From the human T2T-CHM13v2.0 reference genome, Homo sapiens, in the NCBI RefSeq assembly GCF_009914755.1, contig NC_060929.1: a stretch of DNA of 64,000 nt. One strand, given 5' to 3'. Position numbers and translations under genes: made by a program. Shown here in pieces: positions 43,062-57,079 of the stretch (position 1 is its first letter; each line of letters starts with the position of its first letter). Below the pieces are notes generated by a model that was not told the DNA's origin, did not search any database, and saw only the letters and a list, made by a program, of their open reading frames with translations.

Positions 43062-43741
43062 AATAACTGTACATCTGTATAGCTTTCCTCTGTATGTGAC
43101 ATGGAAGAGAATCATCATTATGAGTTATTTAGGTGGTAGTGTATATGAGATTTGGTGGGCCTTGCAATTCTATAAGCAGTTGCTGCTCATAGACATTGCT
43201 GTATTGGGGTATACATTATGCATGTTGCAGAAAGGATTGTCAAATTTAAAAATTTATCTGATCAAAGTTTGTGGAAGGGACTCCCTTAGAGTTGCAGTAT
43301 TGGTTGGTTGGAGCCAGCTAGTGGCTGCCTAGAATAAAGGTGGGGAGAGTTAGTTTGTTTTTGAGAAGAAAGCTGAGCTAGGTGACTCTGCTTAAAAAAG
43401 GAGTAGAAAAAAGAAGAAACCACTGATCCCACTGATCTAGGGGATTATTGTGTTGTATACCACTGATTCAGAGCAGAGTAATGATGGCCTCTTAGTGCGT
43501 GATCTAACCACTTCCTATAGGTATGATGGTGTTGTATGGCAATATATGTTTTCATATGGCTGTGTAAAATACTTCAGCATATCAGTTGAATACCATTTAT
43601 TTATTTTTCTTTTTTTACCTGTAAGGGGGTGGTGGTAGTGGTTAGTGGCCTGAATGTTTTTACTTGAATATAGAGGCTGTCATATTTTTTTCTTGCTGCT
43701 GTCAAGTCCCACACATTTCAAAGAATTAGAGCATTTCATAG

Positions 43742-44161
<420 letters not shown>

Positions 44162-45069
44162 TGACTCTTTAAATTTCCTCTCTGGATCCTTTTTCACTTA
44201 TAAATTCAATTCTTCTGCATAAAAGTGAATTAAATGTGAAATAGATCATCAGCATTGCTCTTAGTTGGTCAAAAGAGATTTTTACATTTGTATTCTAAAA
44301 CATTTCTTTTGAAGTGTTTCGTGTTAGGTACCAAGGCTTTTGTGCTCAGAAAAATCATACATGTTAAAGCTTGGTTCTTATACTTCCTTTAAATTTGTCA
44401 CATTTCATCAAGTACTAGATATTAGTTATGCAGAACACTTACTTAATTCACCCTTGTCAATACACTGACTTGTGCATATTGTGAATTTTTTCATTTTCTT
44501 TTAAAATTTATTTTCCAGTGCAGGAAAGCCTCTGACCGGTTGCCTCATATTAGGAAAATAAATTATTTTTGGAAAAACATTATAGCTTGTTTAGAGAGAA
44601 TTTAGAATATGAATATTTTGTATAAGAAAATACAAAAAGTTTTCTTTTAAAACTTTTATACATTGAACATGTTTTCTCATTTATTTGTGAACGTATTTAT
44701 CGAGTATTTATTTTATGCAGTGCAAATATGTCAACTCACAAGAATATATAGGTGCAACTTTTCAGAAATATACTTACCACTTATTTCATAGAGTACATTA
44801 ATATAGGACAAGTAATGTTGCCAAACATAGGTTGCTTGTGCTTTTAAAACATTTGGACATAATTTTAAAAATATTTAAAAATATGTTGAAAAAAGTAATG
44901 CAGTTTTGACTAAACAGCTCTGGGACCTAACGTTACATTTCTTTATTTATATTGATTTGAAATCTAGGACTAGTCTCTCAACCCTATTCTTTTAGGTTTT
45001 CTTTAGTGGTTAGTTGACAGCAAATAAAAATGTTTTCAGAAAAGCAATTTGAGGTCCTTTTTTGTAAAC

Positions 45070-45440
45070 TTTAAAAATTATGAGATGTAAAAATGTAGAA
45101 AAGTACATACAATATGAATGTGCAGATTAACAAAGTGAACTGTCACCCAGGCCAAGAAATAGATGGCTCTTATCACTTGAGAGGGCTCCAAGTACCCCCT
45201 TTCAGTCACAAGTTCCTTTCTCTTCCCTTGGTAACCACTGCCTAGTTTTATAGTAATCACTTCTTTGGCGGTTTGTGTTTTGTTGTTTTTGACATTATTA
45301 AACATTGGTTTAGTTTTATCTATTTTTAAACTTTGTGTAAATGGAATAATACAGTATGATTCTTGTATTACCTGACTTCTTTCACTCAGAATCATGTTAA
45401 GGTTTACCCATATTTTTTCACATACCTGTAATTTATTCAT
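45070..45440 (-). mobile_element. Old L1M (L1ME/MD-like) 3' fragment
   Basis: gtaaatggaataatacagtatg..ctgacttctttcactcagaatcatgtt; continues briefly after MER33. Confidence 0.65.
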
Positions 45441-45446
45441 CTGGAG

Positions 45447-45800
45447 AAGCACTGTCTAATAGAAATATAACATGAGCCTTCCCATAGAAATAGAATATTA
45501 ACCACATGCATAGTTTTAAATATTTTAATAGCCACATTTTAAGAAGTGAAAAGAAACAAGTAAAATTAATTTTGGTAGTATGTTTTCTTTAGCTCAATAT
45601 ATCTAAAATATCAATCCAACACATATCATAATATTCATAAATATTCAAGAAAAATGTTGTTATTTTACTTTTTTTCATGTTAAGTCTGTGAAATCTGGTT
45701 ACTGATTCACACGTCACAACATAGCTCAAAACACTAGTAGCCACACTGCAAGTGCTCAGTAGCCACATGTGGCTAGTGGCTGCCATATTGGACAGCACAG
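45447..45800. mobile_element. MER33-like hAT MITE
   Basis: agcactgtctaatagaaatataa ... tagccacatgtggctagtggctgccatattggacagcacag; TSD-like atctggag/ctctagag. Confidence 0.85.
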
Positions 45801-48800
45801 CTCTAGAGTCTTCTGAGTATGAGAATACTGCTATTTATTTGTCCTTGTTCACTTTTGATAGGCCTAGTTTTGAAAGGAGCTGCTGTAAACATTCTTTTAT
45901 AAGTCTCCTGGTGCTGTGAGATACTTTTAATGTGGTTTCTGTGTCAGAGGAAATCTACATAGTTGTATTTCTTCTAGTACTCCCCATATCAGGCTCAGCT
46001 TTACTAAAGTAGCTATCATAAGGTGTGTAAAGCGTTTGACTTGGTAGAGTCTGCCAATGTTAAATAACAGGAGTGTAAACAACGCTGCCACAGAGGTACC
46101 TTCAGCCCTCCAAAAGCACATGTATTCAAGGACTTTTTCAAGTAGGCTTCTGCTCTGTCATATCATCTGCCTCAAATCTTGCTGCCGTGTGAAAATTCGG
46201 GCAGCTAATGGTCATCCCAGAGATTTCTCTGTTTGTGGCTTCTTATTAAATTGTTCAGTGGAAGCAGAGAACAGAATATACCATTTCTTCAAACTTTTAT
46301 GCATTCTCTCTTTTCCCTCCTTTTTTCCTTAGGTCATGTAATCTGCTAGCATCACTTTGTTCTCTTGAGTTTTAGTAAAACCGAAAGCCTCCATCAGTAA
46401 TCAGTTGCTTGTTCTGCATTTGTCTTGCTTGTTTTGAAGGATAGTAGCCCCTAAAGTTTCTTATCAGAAAGATTTTTCAATCTATTTTGAAATAATGGAA
46501 CCAATGAAACAATGTAAACTAAGGTTGGATGAGAGAATGTGTTCACGTGATGTAGTTCTTTCATAGTTTCTAAAATAGGAAAGCCTATCAAGGATAGATT
46601 GTAGGTTACCTTTAGACTCAATATGATTTCCTAATAACTTGTGTATAGGAACAGCTTCTCCAGAGCAGCAAACTTGAGCAGTTTATCCCGCCAGCTTTCT
46701 CTTCACTTAATTTATCATCAGATTTGCTCCCAGCCTGGAAATGGACCAATTACATGAGCTGCCTTCCTGCCTTCCATTCTAGTTTGACAAGTGGTAAAAA
46801 AGAAGAGAGGTAGGAAGCAAGCCACGGTGACCTTAAGTGATGAAATGGGAAATCTGCTCCCTGGAGGGTCTTATTTTAATTGTTAATGACTTAATAGGTG
46901 GTGGGATTAAAAATGTTTTGCAGTTACTTGACAACATGATCCCACCTGCCTATAAAGATCTGTATGTAAGCCACTCTCTTTTAAGAAATCTGTTTCTAAA
47001 GCAGTACTTTCTTGTGTGGTTTTGTGGATACACTTTTTCTTTGAGACAAAAGTCTTGAACATTAATATTGGGAGGATTTAATTTTTCTCTTTGGAAAAGC
47101 ATCACTTTTACCTCGCATAGATAAAAGGGTTAAGATATGATTTAGACTTGATTAGTTGGCATCATAAAGACAAGATTTAGCTTATCCAAATCTTTTTTGG
47201 AAGAAAGACATAATTTATGAGTAAATACAAAATATGTTGATAACAGTAGGTTTTTCCCCTTTTTCCTTGTGAACTTATCCTATTAGTTGTTCTTAGTAGT
47301 TGTTTTTCTTATTATTTTGCAATATTTTATTTTTTAAAGATTTTATCCTGGGGAATTAAAGTTTTTCAAGCCTATTTCACACACATTGTTCTTCACAATT
47401 TCCTTGTGAGCAATTTTCTTGTAATTTATAATTGCAATAGTGTGTAGATAAAGAAATCAAGGAGAATGAGTCTACTGACTTATCCAAGGTCACAGATTTA
47501 GTGAAGGTTGTTGGAATATAGTTTGTCATCATAATAGTTCAGTCCTTGTCAGTGGACCTTTTAACATTTCAATATGTTTTCATAAAATTTTCCACATAAT
47601 TTTAATTAGATTATAAAATTAACCACTACATGCTAAAAGAGGCTGTAAGATAGTTAATGTTAATGGCCCACCAAGGAGATTGCCAGTTGTAGTTCTGTAT
47701 TTTTAAAGCAAAATTGTTTGCTCTTGGTTTTATATTCTAATAAAACTTTCTAGCTTCCATATTCTTAAAAAAGAAGCTGGTATCTTTGCTAAGTACTTTT
47801 CTAGAGTCTTATAGATTTCCAAGTACTAACCCCACCCTCGTAGTTAATTAACTTCGTCTTTTCTGTCCTTTATGCTTCCTATTAAAGGAGACGTATTGTA
47901 GATTGGTAAACTGTGGTATAGAGACAGAACACTGAACTTGGAATCTAGAGGCCTAGAATCCAATATTGTCTCCACTACATATTACCTGTGTGACCTTGAA
48001 TGGGACCCATTTTTTCTCATATTTAAAATGCTCTTAATCATCTCTAACAGTGTTGGGATAATTTTAATCATACAATGGATAATTATAAAAAAAGATAACT
48101 GACCTTACCTCATGTTGGGGTATCCACAAGTACTCATCACAGTTAAGAAGAGAGAAGCCAGTAAAGGGATGGATAATACTATAATTGGAGGTCAGATTGC
48201 TTTCCCTGACTTTCTGGCACATATTTCCTCTCCTACGGCTTTTCGTACACTAATCTTCCTATGGGCTAGCCTGTACTGGGTAGACTACCACAAAGAGGGA
48301 CAGTCTGATGGGAAACTGTGGCCTTGACCCCAACCTAGAATAGAGGAAAAGAGGAAAGGATCATTTCAGTGGCCCTTTTACTCCCAGGAGCTGGACTAAT
48401 CCTGAAAGTAGCCTAGACTTACCCCTCACTTCCCTGTCATGTGTCCAGAGATGCCATCTCAGCTAGCCAAATGTAGAAGGCATTTATTCACATATTGGAT
48501 GAGGGTTGGCACATGACATCTAAGATCTCTTCCAGCTCTGTGTCTTTGCTGGTGGTTATCTACAGAGGCATAGGAGGAACCTAGGCTCCGTACTGCAAAG
48601 GCGTACCTTCTGTAGCTTCACCCAGGTGTGCATTCATGTGTTGTTTTTCCATTTCAATTTGTTTGAGCATGGTTCTTATACAACCAAGACCAAGAATTCC
48701 ATTTAAGTCTGCCTGTCCTGCTTAACCTTGCCTCTGAGTGCCTTTGTGTCCTGGCCGCCTTGTATATCAGTCTATTCAGACTATCTCAGATATTAGCAAA

Positions 48801-49724
48801 CAAACAAGCAAATCTATTCAGCAGTCCCATCTTCATTGCATAGCTCTTCATTTTCATTTGATTATGAGATTTATCAGGCTGAAACTGTGGCCTCTGTATC
48901 CTGATAGCTTCTCTAAGCACAATACTTAAGATGTAATAAGCACTCATATTTGTTAAGCAAAAAGTATGACTGTCATTGTTCGTTCTGTTTTGTTCTTAGT
49001 AGGAAGTTGGGTATTTATTCTTTAAGGACATGTACACTTTTATGTTCCAAATCTACCAGTGAGTGACAGCTGGAGTCATCTGATGGAGGCCTCATGTCAC
49101 ATTTTCCTTCCTTTTATTTCCCTGTGGATGGTTGTGTTTATTGTAATTGGGCTTGCCTTAGCAACCAGTTTTTGCAGGTATCCTAGGGAGGTAATTTGAT
49201 TATTACTATCATACCCTTTCTATTGTATAATAGAACATTCTGGTGTTGACGGTTGGTAAAACAAAGGTAGGGTCTCCTGATGGTCTATATAATTAGCAAA
49301 TATATTCTGTAGGAGATAGTTAAAGTTGCTTTCACTATACTATCTTAAAGTGCAGTAGAGTGAAACTTAAAGAAAATTTATAAAAGAAGAATTCATGTAG
49401 TAGTATTGAAGTATCTAAAAAGGCAAGTCCTCATTTTTTCCCCATTCCCAACAGCTCCCTTAGTCTCCAAAAGCACCCTTATTCTCACAAGGCAGCCACT
49501 GTGGACAGCGTGGTTCATATTCTGAGACATTTTTCCTCACGAACACACATGTGCAGACATGTGCACACATATATATGAAGTTTTAAAATAAATAATTCAG
49601 AAAATGGTCTTCAGTTTTTTTCTCTTAATATATCATGAATATCTTATGTTAGTACTGTTATTATATAGTTGTTTTAATTGTAGTACAATATTTCATAGTA
49701 TGGATATATTTAGCTTTTAACTCA

Positions 49725-50369
<645 letters not shown>

Positions 50370-50744
50370 TTACATTTCACTTTAGTGCCAAAGAAGTAGT
50401 GCCAAAGAAGTAGTCTTTGAACTTATGTCTCTTAATTAGGAGGAATTACAAATCTCTAGCCCATGAGGAATTTGTTGGGGAATGCAAAAACAGCCAGGTT
50501 ACTTTTAGCCCAATACCCTTCATCCTCTCTTCACCTCCACATCTTGCCTTCCCTCACACTCTTTGGTCATCTCTGACACCATCCCAACCCTCATAATTTA
50601 AAAAGATTGGTGCCAGCTGTGATCAGTTTCCTCGCCCATCCCTCTCTCATTTAACTGGCCTCCAATCTCTCCAGGTTGACTAGAAGAGCTTATTATTCCC
50701 ATCTCCCCCACAATGGCGTTTCTCATACCTCCCACTGTAAGGCT

Positions 50745-50945
50745 ATTCAGAGTGTTTAAGAGTTCCAGCTTTGAAGTTGGACAGCCTAAATTAGAATACT
50801 GGCCCTTTGCTTTCCAGCTTTGTTAACAGGGCCAAGTAACTGAATGTCTTCAGGCCTCAGTTTTCTTGGTTGTAAAATGTGGACAATGAAGAGTGCCCAT
50901 TTCATAAGGTCAGGATGGTCAAGGAGTAAAAGTGAGCTGCTATTA
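50745..50945 (+). mobile_element. MIR
   Basis: caagtaactgaatgtcttcaggcctcagttttcttggttgtaaaatg core. Confidence 0.7.
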
Positions 50946-52569
50946 CCATCATCATTGTGATGTGGCAGTTGATAGGAGTCCTTAAGGGCAGCGGTAAATA
51001 TTTAAGGAAAATATTTGTGAACCAGCTTTTTTTTTTTAAGTCTTTTAAAAATAATTGGAGCCAACTATTCTTAAAGCCTGCAAACATAGTTGATCTCTTT
51101 TAATAAATCTGAAGAGTTGGATTATGTAATAGTAAGACTTCCTGAGAACTTTGCACTTAAATATTTATATTTGTGTACTGAGTAATCATTAATACATTTA
51201 TTAGATAAGTAATGGAAAATAACTTACCTGAAAAGCACTGTGTTTTTACTCTGCATTTTTTAATGAGCATTGGAGAATGTACAAATACTTTATTGCTTTT
51301 TTCCATATAAAATACATGATTATTTCTGTACATGAATACGTATACTATTGAACTGCTGAAGTAAATTAAATAATGAGATGAATAATAAAGTCAGAAGAGA
51401 GGAAAATAATAGAGGAGGGGCCATAAACCCTGACAGGTCTATTTGAGTTCCCTGAGATATATGCTGATGGCAGTGCTGCTTATTTACTTCCTTGGCATTT
51501 AGCTAAAAGGAAGGTGGTTTGTTGGGGGAGCAGAACCCGGTGCACATCAGCCTTTCCTCTGTCATTAGCCTCCACGGTGAGGAAAATGGCTTGTCCTCTG
51601 ACAGCTCCTGGAGAGGACACCACACTATATTATGGCAGTAGAATTATGTGGAGTGACCATAGAGGATGGAAGGTGACTAAAGATCTGGCTGTTTCAACTA
51701 CAACAAAATTGTAAATTGAAATAAAGGCATTACTTACCCCTTTGAAAGGAGACTTTAATTCAGGATAAAACTTAAATCTTTTCTAAAAAGTATGTTTATT
51801 GAGTGTACATCATTTTTCAGAGGTCTTCTAGTTCTCTCCTCTCTGCTGTAAAGAAAGACATTTTTTTGAGTCTGAGTCGCTAAAGTTTGTTGTCTTGCCT
51901 TTTCCCTCTCAGTGCCAATGGTTGATGTCAGGATTTTGCCCGTAAGACAGGTCGACCAAGGCCTTTGTAAGCCACCGATTTAATGTTTCCTAGCTTTAAC
52001 AGCAAACACTAAAACTGTAGGAGATGGCCTTCTCTAGGTCCCCAAAAGTGGCTGAATTAATCACCTCTGCAGTGTAGACATCTGCTGCCTAAATTCTGCC
52101 TGAATAGGTTGAATTTGAGAAATCAATTTTAACAAAAAGGGACACTGCTACATAAATATAAATTTAAAAGCATTATTTGGAAAACGGTGTTACTGTGGCA
52201 GTTGGGTCACAGTTAAGATGAAGATGTTAACTTTGTAAACAAAAGACCTTCACTCTTTCTTGTTTTGAATTTGTTTTCCAGCAAAATAAAATAAAATAAA
52301 GCACTAAGTCTTCAATTAGAAGTCAAAGCTGTGAATAGCTCCATGCACCAGACACAGCATAAGCCAATTATAAACGTGTCTTCATAGCCCAGTTTAAAAT
52401 CTGCATAATGATATGGTGATATCTAACACCTATAAGTAACTGTATCCATGGTGTGAGACAGATACCTCATTCGGTATGGCGTATATATGCTTTATTAGAT
52501 ACACTGGAGAGGTGTCTGTCTGATGCCTCAGGATCATGAATACTTTTAATTATTAAGATCTAGAATGTG

Positions 52570-52730
52570 CCACCCTGCTTAACATTCTCTCCAAACAGAA
52601 TTCTACCGCTCCCACCATTTTTATCCCCAGCAAAGATTCTGATTCAGTGGGTCTGAAGTGGTATCTCAGCATCTGTTTTTTACAATATCTCTGGCATTTT
52701 GATATGCCCTTACTTTTGAGAACTACTGGG
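52570..52730. mobile_element. MER5-like MITE fragment
   Basis: agattctgattcagtgggtctg ... ttttgagaactactg. Confidence 0.65.
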
Positions 52731-53351
52731 GCAAGCAAGTTTGATGTTGGGATAAATCACAACTAAATCAGAACCAAATCAAGCAGTAGACAGGGGACGC
52801 CAAAGACTTAGATAGTGGTCCTTCATGTCCATGAATTCTCCTTTGCTTTCTGCCTGTGACATTACATTACCAAGGTAGGCGGGTAAATCAAATTCACACA
52901 TCCATCTCTGGGAATGAGAGACCAAATTGTTCTACTTCTTTTTCCAACAGATAATTTGACTTTCCCTGAAGGCCTGAAGAATTAAACTTCAGTAATAAAA
53001 TGCCCACAAAGATTAATTATACAGTTGTAAATATTATAGCATTTACTATTATAAATAAGAGTAAAAACATGATAGACTTTAAAACATTTTAATGGACCAT
53101 TTAATTTACATACATTCAGATTCTGGTTCCTGCCCAACGGTGGGAATATCTAACAGCAAATGTATAAATACATGAGTTATGTTTCTTTTTGCATTCCCTT
53201 CTCAAAGCTAAATGTTGAGAGGTTTGTCTTTGATTATAGACAGCCGTTAACAAGTAGACATAAATTTTGCAAATCTTACATTTTATATAAGGCTTAGGCA
53301 ACATTGTAATGCATGTAATCAAGACATGTTAGGATTTAAATAGTTAAAACT

Positions 53352-53604
53352 ATAAGAATAGAAAACCAAATACTGCATGTTCTCACTCGTAAGTGGGAGT
53401 TGAACAATGAGAACACATGGACACGGGGAGGGGAACATCACACACCGGGGCCTGTTGGGGAGCGTGGGGGGTTAGGGGAGGGATAGCATTAGGAGAAACA
53501 CCTAATGTAGATGACGGGTTGATGGGTGCAGCACACCACCATGGCATGTGTATACCTATGTGCATGTTCTGCACATGTATTCCAGAACTTACAGTAAAAA
53601 TAAA
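53352..53604 (+). mobile_element. L1PA (PA6-PA8-like) 3' end, sense to host gene
   Basis: gaaaaccaaatactgcatgttctcactc..gggagggatagcattaggag; TSD taaatagttaaaact at 53337-53351 and 53605-53619. Confidence 0.92.
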
Positions 53605-54124
53605 TAAATAGTTAAAACTTAGCATTACAGTTAAATACATGAATTTGCACTTTTGGGGGAAATTATTGTTGTAGACATTAAATTTCCTGGTCTATGATGT
53701 ATAGGGTACATGTCTTATTCCTAAAATGTTGAGTTGTATATAGAGTGAATTTATGTTTTATCTATCTACTAGTTATCTTTGCTTGCAGTCTTATGAGTAA
53801 GTCAGGAAGATTTCTGTATCACATGAGCAGATTTCTAATTTTTATTGCTCAGTTAATTTTTTTTCTTACATTATAGAATTTTAGAGTTAAGGAAATGGAG
53901 GCCCGAAGAGCTTAAGTTATTTGCTGGAAAATGCATAGTTTTTCCAGACAGTGCCTAGAACTGAAATCTTCTGAATTCTAATCCATCCTCTCAACTGGTA
54001 TGTAGACTTTGGGCCATTTTTTTTTTTCTCCAGTGCATTTCCCTCTTGCCCAGTACTATCAAGAAGTAAGTTAATTCTAATACTAGCTTACCCCAAAAAA
54101 ATAAAAATAAAAACCCCAACTTAA

Positions 54125-54540
54125 TGTATCCATTCATTTTTCTGTTGCTTATAACAGAATACCAGAAATTGAGTAATTTATAAAGAAAAGGAAGTTATTT
54201 CTTATAGTTCTTGAGACTGAGAAGTCCAAGGTTGAGAGGCTGCATCTTGTGGGAGCCTTCTTGCTGGTGGGGACTCTGTGGGCACAGGGCGTTGCGTGGT
54301 AAGGGAGCTGAGCATGCTAACACGCTAGCTTAGGTATCTCTTCCTCTTCTTATAAAGACACCAGTTCCCTCCCATGATAACCCATTAATCCATTAATACA
54401 TTAATCCAAGAATGGATTAATACATTCACCAGGGCAGAGCCCTCATGGTCCATTCACCTCTTAAAAGGCCCCACCTTTCAATACTGCCACAATGGGGTTT
54501 AAATTTCAACATGAGTTTTGGAGGGAACAAGTATTCAAAT
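54125..54540 (-). mobile_element. ERVL-MaLR solo LTR (MSTD-like)
   Basis: gtaatttataaagaaaagga, gagaagtccaagg, cttcttataaag, tttcaacatgagttttggagg. Confidence 0.8.
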
Positions 54541-54695
54541 TTTCTTAAAACTTGAGAAAACATAATTGATGTATTTATACATTTGCTATTAGATTTTTCT
54601 CCACTTGAACCAAAATCTGTATCTATGTATGTATATATGTAAATTGTCCATTAAAGCAATTTTAAAATCTGTCATATTTTAAAAATATATAATAG

Positions 54696-55058
<363 letters not shown>

Positions 55059-55944
55059 TTAAGGAAAAATATACATTGTGTAATTCAAGTTAAGAGTAAT
55101 TTATGTATTCTTCTATCACTTTTCACTATTAGCATGAAAAAAAATAAGTGGATTATATTCTGAAGTTTTTGGAGGGTATCTGAATGGTGACCCCTTTGCC
55201 AGTTCAAGCAGGCCACAGAAGACTGGACCAAATTCAGGTCTACTTAAAATATTTGGCTATTTCTGTGGCAAACCAAGCCCCCAAGTCTTATGTGGATATG
55301 ACCCAAGCAGCTGAAATGCCTTCAGTCATGCCACAGCAGACAACCCCCATCCAAGTAGTTCTGGGGCAGATCTCCTTGTGGATTTTGGCCTTTGGTGATC
55401 ATAGAGAACAACTTAAAAAAATGACAAAAATTGAGAGAAGTAACCACTGTGAGGCTAGATGTTTTTCGAGATGGAAGACTGTATTATTTAGCTCAGTTTA
55501 TCAGAAGGAACAGTGGAAATGGATGGTCAGTAGCTAATTAGAGTTTTCCCTGTGAAGAGGATAAGGAGGGATATGTCAGATTTCAAAGGAGGACGTTGGG
55601 AAGAATTTAAAAATAAAAGTCAAGATTCTATAGTTGTTTGGAAAGTCTCTTTTGATACATTTATGTAAAGAATCTATAGGTATTTTGTGCAGGGGTGTGT
55701 GCATATGTGTCTGTAGAATCAAAAAGATGGGATGGATTAGGGTCTCTGAATTTCTGTGGGATACAGTTATAGACCTAGTAGTTAACTTCGCATCATTGTG
55801 TGTCCTTAAAGCTTTCTGTAAAAGAGAGGCATGCTAACAAATGCCTACAAACACACCAGTACCCTTCCTTAAATATTTCTTTGCTTTAGGGTTGACAGCC
55901 CCTGCCCTGATGACCTCGGGGCTCAACATCAGCTCTAGGATCCT

Positions 55945-56130
55945 GGAGTATGTTCATCGGCAGAAAAAGAGAATCTGGAGACTGGATTTAGCAGTGTGGC
56001 TGTGTACAAGTCATAACCAACTTGGAACCTATTTCTCCTGTAGAATGGGGATCATGATCTATACGTGCCTCCAGGGGACATTGTGAGGAGAAAATGAGAT
56101 AATGTTTATGAGGATGCTTTAGAGTGGTTC
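55945..56130 (+). mobile_element. MIR
   Basis: tttctcctgtagaatggggatcatgat..ttgtgaggagaaaatgagataatgt. Confidence 0.7.
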
Positions 56131-56369
56131 TTAACTTTTTAAGTAAGAATTCTTTTTCCAGGGGGGAAAATGTATATGTGCATTTCTCCCTCCCTCTTTT
56201 CCCCCTTCCTCGCAGTACTTGATCTCCTGATAGTGGCTGGGTGTTAGGAAGCAATGGTGAGCAGGGCAGATACAATTCTTGCTCTCATGGAGCTTCACCT
56301 CTATATACTTGTCCAGTGCCTACTTGGAATGACTTTCTCCTTCTTCTGGAAGACTTGGTCTCTCCAACT

Positions 56370-56930
56370 CTTCCTAAGAGGCCACTCATTTCCTTTGACA
56401 TCCTTGCTCATTTACTTATGCAGCCTTTAAATGTTGGCCTTCCTTAGGATTTGGTCCTAGATGCTCTTAAACAGTTTACTGCTTCCCATAGTATATCCAG
56501 CTTCCTCCTTGAAATCCTCTTCCCTCTTCTCCACTGTCTCAAGGGTATGTCAAATTCACCATATCTAAAACTAAGCTCATGACCTAAACACTGCCCCTCC
56601 CGATTTCCAAATCTTGTCCTTCTCTGGTGGTCTGTGTGTCAGTGAGTTTTTCAGTATTCCGTATGGTTGTTTAATCCAGAAACTCATGTCTCTCTCCATC
56701 CGTTCATCTCCCGTGCTTCACATATCCACTTACTCACCAAGTTCTTGTTGCATTTATGAAATCTTGTCAGCTTCTCCATTTCTGCTGTCATTGCTGTTTT
56801 TCAAGCAACTATCATCACCCTGTGTGCACACCATCAGAATAGCATTATGTATTTTCGCCCCTCAATTCATCCTCCGTATTTCAGATAAAGTGATTTTTTT
56901 AGATACGTAAATATATTCACATTGTTCCAA
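56370..56930 (+). mobile_element. L2 fragment
   Basis: taaatgttggccttccttagg and tcaaattcaccatatctaaaactaagctc resemble L2 ORF2. Confidence 0.6.
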
Positions 56931-57079
56931 AATTTTAAAAGATGTTTCCTTCCCCCATGTAACTAGGTTACTTGTACTCTTTAAAATGTCCTTCCAAAAT
57001 ATTTTAGGCATGCATAAGGATATACTGACATGTAAGCTCTTTTATAAACCTCAATATTTATATGTATTTTGTTTATTAT

